The notes under the pieces were generated by a model. The model was not told the DNA's origin. It made no database searches and saw nothing but the letters and a program-made list of their open reading frames with translations. A stretch of 64,000 nucleotides of DNA from an uncultured Leptotrichia sp. (GTDB lineage: Bacteria; Fusobacteriota; Fusobacteriia; Fusobacteriales; Leptotrichiaceae), in the NCBI GenBank assembly GCA_963524305.1, contig CAURGH010000006.1, positions 1 to 64,000 on the forward strand, written 5' to 3'. This document shows positions 19,360 to 29,202 of this stretch, piece by piece (within the stretch, counting starts at the first letter, position 1; the number at the start of each line of letters is the position of its first letter). The position numbers and the translations under genes were made by a program.

Positions 19360-20052
19360 TTACAGTCCCAATTCTTTTTTCATTTTTTCCAATTCTTCAT
19401 CTACAACAGAAGAATTCTTAGTTTCCTCACTACTTTCATCATATTTTTTCATTAAATCTTCAACTTCGTCTTTTTTAGGTGTACTTAATTCAGCTCTAGC
19501 ATTGGCTTCATCAAGCATTCTATTTGCTTTTTCTTCCATTCTTTCAAATGCAGAAATATTTCCATTCAATCCTGATGTAGAGGTCATAGAATTAATTTTT
19601 TCAGTTGTTTGAGCCATTTTTAATTTAGCTTTTATATCTGCTCTTTTTTCTGATAATTTTTGAATGTCACTTGCCAATTTGTCGTGCATTTCCTTCATTT
19701 TTTCTGCATTAACTACAGCAGTTTCACAATCTTTTTCAAGATCAGCTAATTTTGAATTTAATGTTTCTTTTTTTTGTAAAAACATTCTTGCATCGTTTTC
19801 ATTTCCTGCTTGTAAAGCTTTTTTAGCGTATGATTCCATTTTAGTAATTTCACTTTTACATTCTTCAACTTTTCTTTCGGCAGAATTTTTTACAGCAATA
19901 ACAGCTGCCGCCTCAGATTTTATAGTTGCTAAATCTTTCTCCATATTTCTTAAATATTGATCAATCATCTTTTCTGGATCTTCCGCCTTATCCAATAACG
20001 AATTAATATTCGCTGCCATTATATCTTTGAATCTTGTTAAAATATTTGCCAT
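19360..20052 (-). CDS. pspA: PspA/IM30 (Vipp1) family membrane-stress protein
   Basis: N-terminus MANILTRFKDIMAANINSLLDKAEDPEKMIDQYLR is diagnostic for PspA/IM30. Coiled-coil throughout. Confidence 0.9.
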   Translation of the reverse strand: MANILTRFKDIMAANINSLLDKAEDPEKMIDQYLRNMEKDLATIKSEAAAVIAVKNSAERKVEECKSEITKMESYAKKALQAGNENDARMFLQKKETLNSKLADLEKDCETAVVNAEKMKEMHDKLASDIQKLSEKRADIKAKLKMAQTTEKINSMTSTSGLNGNISAFERMEEKANRMLDEANARAELSTPKKDEVEDLMKKYDESSEETKNSSVVDEELEKMKKELGL

Positions 20053-20082
20053 TATTTTTTCCTCCGTTTTTTATTTTAAAAA

Positions 20083-21138
20083 TTAATGTTGTTTTAAATA
20101 ATAATAAATTATTAATAAAACTAAAATACCTGCCAAAATAGCAAGAGTTATTTTTACTGCTGATTTTGGATATTCACCAGTTATCGCTCCATTTTCTCCA
20201 TTAATTATAACTTGATATGTTTGCTTGTTATACAAATAGGATGTTGAATAAACTGGTAACATCAAAAGTCTATAATATTCATTAAACCAGTCGATATCCA
20301 TACTAATATTACGAACGTGATCGTATCTACTTAAAACATCGCTACTTACCATTCCTTCAAGAGTATTCGTCATCATTCTTTTTGCTATTGTATAACCTTC
20401 ATACATAGGTATTTTAAAGACTTCAGAGCTGTATCCTGCTAAGTATCCTGAATCAAACTTAATTGTATTATCTAAATAAAATCCTCCTAAATTCTGTAAT
20501 AATCGTCTTTCTAAACTTCTTGAACCAGTAGTGATAACATCTTTAAAATCATTTCCAATATGTCCGTGAACAGGATACCAATCAGTTTCAGTTCTTGTGT
20601 ATGTCTTACCGTCTTCTTCGTATTCTTCGGTATGATCGATACCACCTTCCGCCCAATATTCACAAGAAGCCGAATTATCGAATGACCAGTAGGGTAAATA
20701 AATACCCATAACCTTTCCTGTTTGATAAAGATTTTTCAATGCATTTGGTGCAAACCAACGTCCTTTTATCCATTTAGAAAAAATGGTTCCAACTTCTTTT
20801 TTTTCAATTAAAAAAGGTTTTAAACCATCTGGTTCTAAAGTTGATATAATTTTTTCAGCTACAACAACATTTGATCCACAATAGGGACAAGTTCCAGAAG
20901 CCTCTTCATTCCCCAATTCAATTGTTGCTCCACATGAAGAGCATTCGATAACGGTTGTTTTCTCTTCTGGTAATTGTTTTAAACGACATTCATAATCTTC
21001 TAGAACATGTCTATTTAACGATAATATTTTTGGTAGTGCTACTTCATTCCCACAATTTTCGCATTTTAAATTTTGTGATTTCGGGTTATAATTCATAATT
21101 CCACCACAATTTTTACAGCTGAAATTCTCATTTTTCAT
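20083..21138 (-). CDS. zinc-ribbon protein with a C-terminal TM anchor, PspA-associated. It has three CxxC pairs at the N-terminus.
   Basis: CKNCGG...CENCGN...CSSCGA...CPYCGS, and the C-terminal hydrophobic helix ITLAILAGILVLLIIYYYL. Confidence 0.5.
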   Translation of the reverse strand: MKNENFSCKNCGGIMNYNPKSQNLKCENCGNEVALPKILSLNRHVLEDYECRLKQLPEEKTTVIECSSCGATIELGNEEASGTCPYCGSNVVVAEKIISTLEPDGLKPFLIEKKEVGTIFSKWIKGRWFAPNALKNLYQTGKVMGIYLPYWSFDNSASCEYWAEGGIDHTEEYEEDGKTYTRTETDWYPVHGHIGNDFKDVITTGSRSLERRLLQNLGGFYLDNTIKFDSGYLAGYSSEVFKIPMYEGYTIAKRMMTNTLEGMVSSDVLSRYDHVRNISMDIDWFNEYYRLLMLPVYSTSYLYNKQTYQVIINGENGAITGEYPKSAVKITLAILAGILVLLIIYYYLKQH

Positions 21139-21548
21139 AAATTCTCCATTCCTTTACTAAAAATTTCTGAAGCACTTATAACAATATAAGATTTCCTAAC
21201 AATAGAGATTATAGCATATTTTTTTTAGTTTTTAAATTGAATTTTCTTTTTTATATAAACTTAAGTGATACATGACAAATTATGCATATGCTTAAATTGG
21301 ATTATAGATTTTAAGTGTTCTCAATATACAAAAAAAGAGTTTTTCTAAAAAAATTTTTAGATAACTCTTTAGTTACATGATAACTTTTAACAAAGAAAAA
21401 ACTTCATTTCATAAATTTCCTCTTTAATTTGACAATTACCACGATAATTTAAAATCTAGAAATATTTTTGGAAAAATTAGGGTTTATTTAAAATACTTCT
21501 AAATTTATATTCATATATATTATATCTTTTTTTCTAGAAATAGTCTAG

Positions 21549-21606
21549 TCTTTATTTTTGAAAAAAATAGCATATTATCTTTATTTTTGAAAAAAATAGC
21601 ATATTA
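21549..21606. repeat. perfect tandem duplication (29 bp x2) of CTTTATTTTTGAAAAAAATAGCATATTAT in the psp operon upstream region
   Basis: Direct reading. Confidence 0.85.
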
Positions 21607-21906
21607 TGAGAAAACAACTTAAATATTTTAAGTATTTCAATAAATTAAAAAGACTATTTCAAAAATGTCATAGCCTTTTATTTACGATATGATTCATTAT
21701 AATATATGATTTAGAAAATTTATCATTAATTATAAATTAGAGTCTGGATTATAGCTGAATAACCTTTGCCTGAGTCTGAGCTATTGAGTGAGTAGAGTAT
21801 ACACAAACTATTAGCAAAAATTATACAACTATGATTTACTTATTAGTTTGATAAATTTCAAATTCATACGAGTTATTGTATCAAAAAATTCTTAATTTTA
21901 CAAACA

Positions 21907-23400
21907 TTATTTTAAATTTTCAATATATTTTTTAACATAATCTTGTATTTCTGTTTTATCAATTACTGTCGAGAATCTAATTTTAGATTTTCTAACTTCA
22001 TCTAATTTTGCAGGGAATGCAACTCCAGTCATTTCAGAAACTTTATCCAAGATGCTATAAGGTTCTAAATTTTCATCTAATCCTAAAGCTTTTGCGATAG
22101 GAGCTGGGAATTTAAATGGATGTGCAGTTGACATAATTACTGTATGAACATCTTTATCCAATTTGTCATTTCCTAATTTTTCATAAACTGAATAAGCTAC
22201 TGAAGTATGAGGATCCATTAAGTAATGATATTTTTCATAAATTTCTTTTATTGATGCAACAGTTTCTTCTTCGTTTGCAAATTCACCATAAAATTCTTTT
22301 TGAATATTAGCTAATTCTTCATCAGAAATTTTTAACACACCAGTTGTTAATAAATTATTGATTAATTCAGCAACTCTTTCTGAATTTTCTCCAGTTGCAT
22401 AATACAAATATCTTTCAAAGTTAGAAGACAATAAAATATCCATTGATGGAGAATTAGTTGCATAGAAATCTCTATTTTTATTGTATGTTCCTGTTTGGAA
22501 GAAACCAGCCAATACTTTATTTTTATTTGAAGCTGAAATGAATTTTTTAATAGGAATACCTAATTTTTTAGCAATATATCCAGCTAAAATATTTCCAAAG
22601 TTTCCAGTTGGAACAACAACATTAAATTCTTCATTTTCTTTTATTGTACCAGAATTTACTAAATTAACATAAGTAGAAATATAGTAAATTACTTGAGGGA
22701 ATAATCTACCAATATTGATAGAGTTCGCACTTGAAAACATAACATTATGTTCACTTGCATATTTTTTAAATTCTTCACTTCCAAAAATTACTTTTATAGC
22801 ACTTTGAGCATCATCAAAGTTACCATTAATTGCAACAATATCAACATTATTTCCAAATTGTTTTCTCATTTGTTCTTCTTGCATTGGGCTAACACCATTT
22901 TTTGGATAAAATACAACGATATTAATACCATCAACGTCTTTAAATCCTTCTAAAGCAGCTTTTCCTGTATCTCCAGAAGTTGCAGCTAGAATCAAGATTT
23001 TTTTATCTTCTTTTTGTTTTTCTTTACTTAAAAGCAATAAATAAGGGAAAAGTGATAAAGCTAAGTCTTTAAAAGCTAAAGTTCTCCCATGAAATAACTC
23101 TCCAAAACTAACTTTGTCATTTAATTTATAAACTGGAACAATACTTTCATCAGTAAAAGTTTCACTATTGTAGGCACTATTTACAGCTTTTTTTATTTCT
23201 TTATCAGTAAATTCTGTAAAAAATAATTTGATAATTTTTTCTGATAATTCTTGATAAGATAAATCTTTCAATTCATTATAAGTCAATTTTATATTAGGCA
23301 AATTTTCAGGTATATAAAGACCACCATCTTTAGCAAGTCCATGTAATGCAGCAAATGTCGATGATTGTGGCTCTCCACCTCGAGTACTTCTGTAATTCAT
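21907..23400 (-). CDS. thrC: threonine synthase
   Basis: N-terminus MNYRSTRGGEPQSSTFAALHGLAKDGGLYIP. PLP-lysine region SFKD. 497 aa. Confidence 0.9.
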   Translation of the reverse strand: MNYRSTRGGEPQSSTFAALHGLAKDGGLYIPENLPNIKLTYNELKDLSYQELSEKIIKLFFTEFTDKEIKKAVNSAYNSETFTDESIVPVYKLNDKVSFGELFHGRTLAFKDLALSLFPYLLLLSKEKQKEDKKILILAATSGDTGKAALEGFKDVDGINIVVFYPKNGVSPMQEEQMRKQFGNNVDIVAINGNFDDAQSAIKVIFGSEEFKKYASEHNVMFSSANSINIGRLFPQVIYYISTYVNLVNSGTIKENEEFNVVVPTGNFGNILAGYIAKKLGIPIKKFISASNKNKVLAGFFQTGTYNKNRDFYATNSPSMDILLSSNFERYLYYATGENSERVAELINNLLTTGVLKISDEELANIQKEFYGEFANEEETVASIKEIYEKYHYLMDPHTSVAYSVYEKLGNDKLDKDVHTVIMSTAHPFKFPAPIAKALGLDENLEPYSILDKVSEMTGVAFPAKLDEVRKSKIRFSTVIDKTEIQDYVKKYIENLK

Positions 23401-23610
23401 AAATGTTTACACCTCTTTCAATTCATTAAATTTTCACATCTTATAGTAACATATTTGCTATAATTTTACAATACAAAACAAAATTTTACTTTTGAATTTT
23501 TGTGATTTTAAAAAAAATCGAAGTGTTCAAAATAGCTTTATTTTAAATATTAGGTTGTGGTATAATTAATATATACTGAAATTTATAAGAAATAAAAAAG
23601 GGCGTGATTT

Positions 23611-23805
23611 TATGAGAACAAAAGCTGTTCCTGTGGGGATTGAAGACTTTGAAAGAATAGTAAGGATTATGTAGATAAAACGATGTTAATAGAGGAATTA
23701 TTGACAAATAGAACTCCTGTAACACTTTTTACAAGACCTCGACGATTTAGAAAAACATTGAATATGTCAACCATTATCTTGAGTTTACAAATTCTACGAA
23801 AGGAA
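23611..23805 (+). pseudogene. N-terminal fragment of a PF09820 AAA-ATPase-like family protein, frameshifted: RTKAVPVGIEDFERIVRI / YVDKTMLIEELLTNRTPVTLFTRPRRFRKTLNMS
   Basis: Matches the N-terminus of the partial gene at 63447-64000. One frameshift. Confidence 0.6.
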
Positions 23806-23813
23806 ATAAAGAA

Positions 23814-24533
23814 ATGAAAAAAGTAGAAAGAAGCATTAGAATGTATAGAAAAATCAATAAAAATGAATCAATAAAAAAGAGACATGAGAAAGTTATGGAA
23901 GGACTGTCGAAACTGGAAGCTCCTTTAGGCTTAAAAGACAGTGAGATCCCGGAAGTACCAGATTTTGGTATAGAAATAAGAGCCTATTACCGTACAAAAA
24001 ATTCTAAAACTAAAGGAGTTTCAATAGAAGGTGTATATAGATGGAGAGGACTTAAATATGTAACTTGGGATGAGTTACTATATGAATTTAAGATAACATA
24101 CAATCTGATAGACTATAAAAAAATAATATATGAAGATCTTCCAAAGGTGATAAATGTTTTTGATCCTTATGTTGCTGATTTATATGTAGCTTATAACGGT
24201 GCTTATGAGGAAGGAAGAACTCCGGAAACAAGAACTTATGGAGAAAGTATAAATCCTGAATTTTTAAAACTGAAGGAGAAAAATTGTAATATAGGAATGC
24301 TGGAAGATGTATTATTTACATTATCCCCAGTGATGTACTTCAATGAAGAGAGTTACACTAAGCTAATAAAAATACCTAAAGAAGAGCTTTTAGAAAGACT
24401 CAAAGGGAAAGCGAATGAAGTTCTGTTGCTTGAAAAGGGTATATACATTATCTTTAATGACAAGGCAGATATTACTTATAAAGAATTTTTGGAAATGAAT
24501 AATGTATTTAAGCCATTACTGGGATTAATTTAA
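23814..24533 (+). CDS. hypothetical protein, 239 aa, immediately upstream of repeat R copy 3
   Basis: ORF track. Confidence 0.4.
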   Translation: MKKVERSIRMYRKINKNESIKKRHEKVMEGLSKLEAPLGLKDSEIPEVPDFGIEIRAYYRTKNSKTKGVSIEGVYRWRGLKYVTWDELLYEFKITYNLIDYKKIIYEDLPKVINVFDPYVADLYVAYNGAYEEGRTPETRTYGESINPEFLKLKEKNCNIGMLEDVLFTLSPVMYFNEESYTKLIKIPKEELLERLKGKANEVLLLEKGIYIIFNDKADITYKEFLEMNNVFKPLLGLI

Positions 24534-24559
24534 AATACAATTTGAAAGTATCCCAAAAG

Positions 24560-24808
24560 AGTGTACGAGAGGGTGTGTACAAAATTTGTACGAGAGTGTC
24601 CTTTTGTGTAAACTAAAATAGAGAGTGTAAAAATTTTTATGTAAACCTCTAAATAATATATGGTAAAATAACTATACAATATTTGGAGGTTTTTGTTACG
24701 GCTAAAAAGAAATCTTTCTGTTAAAATATAGTTATAGAAATATTTAATAGTCTGAACATAAAAAGTGAAAGTTGTTTATAAATAGAGGTTTAAAACAAGG
24801 TGTGGAAA
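24560..24808. repeat. junction repeat family R, copy 3. Its 5' part carries internally duplicated GAGAGTGTA units.
   Basis: Alignment by eye to copies 1 and 2. Confidence 0.75.
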
Positions 24809-24854
24809 TAAATATAAAAATAGTCCTATTTTTGGTTGCCATACAATAGAATGT

Positions 24855-25247
24855 ATGAAAAATATTTTAAAAGAGCATCCTGAAATACAATTTAATGTTA
24901 AAGAAGTAAGTAATGGAGTTAAGAGCGTTAAATATAGAGTACCAAAAATAAATTCTGCTCAAGCAATAGAACAGAATAATGGTGTTGTGGAATATAGAGA
25001 ATTTGTAAGAAATCCTAAAACAGTATACGATACTAGGGTATACAAAACGGAAGATTTAACTAAACAAGTTATTAATGAAATTAAAAATGTTATAACACCA
25101 AATGATGTTCAACGAGCATATAGTAATCCAAATCGCAATGTCCCTTTGGATATAAAAATTAATAATCAAAAAATAAGAGTTAATATAAAATTTGATGCTT
25201 CAACAGGGGGAATAGAAATAGATGGGTACTATTTTCACGGAAATTAA
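24855..25247 (+). CDS. toxin-like C-terminal module of 130 aa. The frame is open back into repeat copy 3.
   Basis: Position analogous to the 15715-16254 module after the repeat. A large cytoplasmic ORF follows. Confidence 0.4.
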   Translation: MKNILKEHPEIQFNVKEVSNGVKSVKYRVPKINSAQAIEQNNGVVEYREFVRNPKTVYDTRVYKTEDLTKQVINEIKNVITPNDVQRAYSNPNRNVPLDIKINNQKIRVNIKFDASTGGIEIDGYYFHGN

Positions 25248-25270
25248 ATAGTAAAAAAAGGGGAAAAGAC

Positions 25271-26233
25271 ATGAAAATCAAAAAAATAAGAACTGATAGT
25301 TATTCAATATTAAAAATAAGTAAATATGATTTTTTAGTAAAATTGATTAAGGAAATAGGAAATTTTCCATATGTAGTTTCAAATATATACGAAGATAATT
25401 CAACAAAAACTACAATAGTTGAAGGTCAAGGTATGTATATTAATAATGGCTGGAATGAAACCGATGAAACAGCATTATATATTTCTGAGTGTAATTCTGA
25501 TAGTGAAATTAGAGTTTATTATGGTTATGAAGAACTTTTTTCTTATTTTTTAATTTACTATTTTGAAAATATCGCTAATTATGCTAACTTAATAAGTTTT
25601 GTTGAACAAGAATTGCATAATTATATAGAATATATGGAAAAATTTAAAAATTTTAGAATAAATGTTGATTTAGAAAATTTATTTAAAAGAGATAAATTAA
25701 GAAAATTCTTATTAAAATATAACGAGAAAGAAAATAAATATAATTTGGAGTTTATTAATTGTTATACAAAATATATAAATTATTGGGATATTAATATAAA
25801 AAAGAAATTTTTTTCTTGTCTTCTTGGAAAAGATAGATTAAAAGAATTTATGCTTAACAAAAAGAGAATTTTTAGAATAAATGGAGTTGATTATTTTCAA
25901 ATTGAAGAAAAAGAAAAATATTCTGAAATATATAGAATAGAAATAGAAAATGATATTAAAATAGAATATTATTCAAAAGATTTAGAATATGAAAGTTTTG
26001 GAAATGTTGGCTTTTTATACAAAGAGAAAAATTTTGATATTGAAAATAAAAGTTTAAAATGTAAGGAATTAAATTTTGAACGATATAGAGATAATAGGGA
26101 TGAAATGAATGTAGAAAGAATTTCAAAAGAAGATTTTTTAAAAGAACTTGAAATTATTGTTAATGCTTGTGAAGATATTTATAATGATAATGAAGTTCGA
26201 AAAATGTTTGAAAACTTTAAAGAAAATTTTTAG
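25271..26233 (+). CDS. hypothetical cytoplasmic protein, 320 aa, candidate immunity protein
   Basis: ORF track. Cassette position. Confidence 0.4.
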   Translation: MKIKKIRTDSYSILKISKYDFLVKLIKEIGNFPYVVSNIYEDNSTKTTIVEGQGMYINNGWNETDETALYISECNSDSEIRVYYGYEELFSYFLIYYFENIANYANLISFVEQELHNYIEYMEKFKNFRINVDLENLFKRDKLRKFLLKYNEKENKYNLEFINCYTKYINYWDINIKKKFFSCLLGKDRLKEFMLNKKRIFRINGVDYFQIEEKEKYSEIYRIEIENDIKIEYYSKDLEYESFGNVGFLYKEKNFDIENKSLKCKELNFERYRDNRDEMNVERISKEDFLKELEIIVNACEDIYNDNEVRKMFENFKENF

Positions 26234-26269
26234 ACGAAAATATATTTTTACGACAGGTAGCTTAACACA

Positions 26270-26760
26270 AGAAAGTTTCTAACAAGATATATCACAGTAC
26301 AGCCTTCATAAATGGAAAATCTAATGAGGAATTGATTCAGTCAATGATGGATAATGTAGCTGATGATGTAAATAAATTCAATGTATCAGCATTGTCATTG
26401 AGTGACGAAGATAAATTCGGTAAGGGTAGCAATAATTACACAAAATATGGTGCAACAGAGCATTTTGGCGGAGAAGTAACTGCAAATTCTACTTCAGGAA
26501 TAAAGGAGAAAAATGTTAAAAATAGGAAAGGTTCAGAATTCAGAAGGAGGGATAACACATGTAATTAATCTATCCGATCCTGAAGCTTTTAAGGCAGCAA
26601 AAAAGGTTCAATTTTTGTTGAATTTGATATAGATAAAAATATTATTAAACCAGGAGGAAAGGAGAATTGGGGGATAATTCATGGACCAGGTTCTCCAGTT
26701 GATAGGCTTAACATAAAAAAAGATTAGAGGGAATTAAAGAGATGCCAAAAGTTTATAATA
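26270..26760 (+). pseudogene. toxin C-terminal module remnant. It is start-less and frameshifted: ...SMMDNVADDVNKFN...GITHVINLSDPEAFKAAKK / GSIFVEFDIDKNIIKPGGKENWGIIHGPGS.
   Basis: Two consecutive reading frames. The track ORF 26332..26568 is part of it. Confidence 0.4.
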
Positions 26761-26784
26761 TTGAAATAAAGGGAGAAAAATAAA

Positions 26785-27108
26785 ATGTCAGAAATTATAA
26801 ATTTAAAAAATAAAATTGACGATATATTGAAAAAGAAAATAAAAGAATTTCAATTAAAAAATATAGCAATAGATATCGTTAAAAATAATAAAAATGAATA
26901 TTATTTAATTTTAGAAAAAGAAAAATATTTAGCTTCACTAATAATTGCAGAACCTATTTTTGCACCTTATAAAAATATTTGCTTTGAAGTTTATAGAGTG
27001 AGTGATGAAAAAATAATTCTATTTTATTATGATAATGAAAATACCACTTTGCAGCAAAACGTAGAGCAAATAGATAAGATGTTAGACAAATTTATTGAAA
27101 TAAATTAA
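26785..27108 (+). CDS. small hypothetical protein, candidate immunity protein
   Basis: ORF track. Follows a toxin remnant. Confidence 0.4.
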   Translation: MSEIINLKNKIDDILKKKIKEFQLKNIAIDIVKNNKNEYYLILEKEKYLASLIIAEPIFAPYKNICFEVYRVSDEKIILFYYDNENTTLQQNVEQIDKMLDKFIEIN

Positions 27109-27293
27109 AAAATATGTAATGAAAAAGGAGAAAAACGGAAAAATTATCAACAAAAGAATACAATGAACTGTATAAAAAGTACTTTTTAAAGAGGAAGGAA
27201 ATCAAATAACTAGAAATTTAGGTGATGGAAAAGGATTGGAAATATTTAATAAAAACATAAAAGAAATTAATTTTAGAAAGGAAATAATAAAAA

Positions 27294-27830
27294 ATGGAGA
27301 AAAATAATCTTGAAGAATTGAAAAAATTAATGTTGAAAAAATATAGAAAAGAAATAAGCTTTCAACAATTACAAAAGGAATTTTTAAAAAATGATGATGA
27401 AAGAATAGAGTATATAAAAACAGAGTTGGAAAAAGCATATAATGAAAAAAATGGAAAAAGTATAAACACTTTGATTTTAGCAATATATATGTTTGAATTA
27501 CATAGTGAAAAATTTGTTGATATTTTATGCAAATTAACAAAAGAAGAATGGCATGGAAAACATGAAGACATAGTGTTTTATCTCCAGCAACTAGAATTAC
27601 CTTCTACAATAGACTGTATATACGAACTAGCAACTTCGAATTTTGAAAAATACCGTTGGGATGATAATTTTGCATTAGTGAGAAAATGCTGTTTTGCTTT
27701 GGGGGATATTAATACTCCTAAGGCGAAAGAAAAATTGGAATTATTATTACAAAGTGAAGAAGAGACTATAAGAGAACATGCAATGGAGCAGTTGAAGAGA
27801 TGTGATTTTACAAATAAGGATGTAGAATGA
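27294..27830 (+). CDS. immunity-like protein, paralog family A (178 aa). Its paralogs are at 30445-30960 and 31174-31722. Motifs: EEWH.(K/R)HEDI and LPST(I/V)(D/E)C.YELA.
   Basis: Clear paralogy of three ORFs. A 3' toxin remnant ...LGDGKGLEIFNKNIKEI precedes it and ends overlapping its ATG. Confidence 0.5.
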   Translation: MEKNNLEELKKLMLKKYRKEISFQQLQKEFLKNDDERIEYIKTELEKAYNEKNGKSINTLILAIYMFELHSEKFVDILCKLTKEEWHGKHEDIVFYLQQLELPSTIDCIYELATSNFEKYRWDDNFALVRKCCFALGDINTPKAKEKLELLLQSEEETIREHAMEQLKRCDFTNKDVE

Positions 27831-28021
27831 AAGGATTAATTATGAAAAAAGAAGAGGAAAAAAATATTTATGCTGTATTTGATGATAAAACAATAAGAGT
27901 TTATCAGGCATATAACAATGAAATAGCAGACGAGGCTTTAAAATTAGGAAAGTTTGGAAGTAAATTCAGTCTTACAAGAATGACATGGATAAAGCCATCA
28001 TTCTTATGGATGATGAACTGA
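27827..28021 (+). pseudogene. DUF4291-like gene truncated at codon 64. It is the paralog of the full-length gene at 31719-32306.
   Basis: The first 60 aa are nearly identical to the 195-aa paralog, then a premature stop. Confidence 0.6.
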
Positions 28022-28262
28022 AAAACTTTTAGTAAAGGGTGAATTATAATGGAAGGTTTTTGGAAAAAAGAAGAAAACAATATAGAAATACAAAATATTG
28101 AAATTTTAAACAATGGAAAAGTAGAAAAAAGTAAACTATTTTTATTAGAAATTGTTAATACAACGAAACCATAGAGAGAAAGTTTAAAATGAAATTTATC
28201 AAAATAATAAAGAAATATACTTAATCCAAATAAAATACTTCAAACTAAGGAAGGGATGTAAA

Positions 28263-28583
28263 ATGAGAATAATAAAAAGAGATAGAAATATAGATGAAAT
28301 TGCAGAAATTTTTGGTATTTATTGGGATGAAGAAAGAAATCAAACACTTTTTTTGGGGATGACAGATAAATATAGTGGAGTATATGTTTATTCAGAAAGT
28401 GAAGTTGAGATTATTGACCCAAATATAAATTTTAGAACAATTTATCTTTCTGGGCATCTTCCAGGGATATTTCATTGGGCATTAATAGAAAAAGATTTAT
28501 TAGATGAGGTTATTGACGGTAATTTAGAATTAAGAAAAAAATTTTTAGACATATTACGTTCAGAGAATGTAATAGATTGGTAA
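28263..28583 (+). CDS. small hypothetical protein, 106 aa
   Basis: ORF track. Confidence 0.35.
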   Translation: MRIIKRDRNIDEIAEIFGIYWDEERNQTLFLGMTDKYSGVYVYSESEVEIIDPNINFRTIYLSGHLPGIFHWALIEKDLLDEVIDGNLELRKKFLDILRSENVIDW

Positions 28584-28589
28584 TTTTTA

Positions 28590-29122
28590 TCCTAAATTGC
28601 AATATTAAATGCAAAATTTTTTTAATTTTCTCAAATTTAATTTCATGTAAAAATCTTTCAAAGGGTGTCGCATATCTGAGAGCAGATAGAAATGTTGGAA
28701 ATGTAACAGCTCCAATAGACTTTGATAATCATATTATAGGTGAAGAAATAAACAAACATAGAGATCCGGTAGGAGGTCACAGCACTCTAACTCCAACCGT
28801 TAGAATTAGCAATGATTTGGGAGTTACATCAAATGGAGTTCGTAAAAACAATATCTCAATATTTGATATAGAAAATAATCAATGGGTACAAAAAATATAC
28901 AGAAGAGGGCAACCTGCTTTAAACACAATGTTTCCAGAATGGTGGACAGGGAATAGAATAAAAGTTGAAAATAATGCGGCATATATCAACAGAACTAGTG
29001 TCATTACTCCTAATGGTGCCCAAATGTGGGAAGGAGTAACGTCATCTGGAGTTAAAGTTAAGGGATATGAACCTACAAATAGTAATCCGAATGCAACAGT
29101 GTATCCTAAACAAAATCAGTAA
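28590..29122 (+). CDS. toxin-like C-terminal module, ...AYLRADRNVGNVTAPIDFDNHIIGEEINKHRDPVGGHSTLTP... The TTG start at 28577 is doubtful.
   Basis: ORF track plus cassette context. No family assigned. Confidence 0.35.
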
Positions 29123-29202
29123 TAAATAGTTGTAAATAAAGAACATTAATTTTATTAAATTCTTATAATCTGTTAAATATAAAAAAAAGAAAGGAAAATT
29201 TT

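Noticed and set aside
28577-28600. TTG start assigned to ORF 28577..29122, overlapping the previous gene
   Set aside because: The ORF tracker accepts TTG/GTG starts. The N-terminal 30 residues are a low-complexity read-through of intergenic sequence. The real module probably begins further in and may be start-less like the others.
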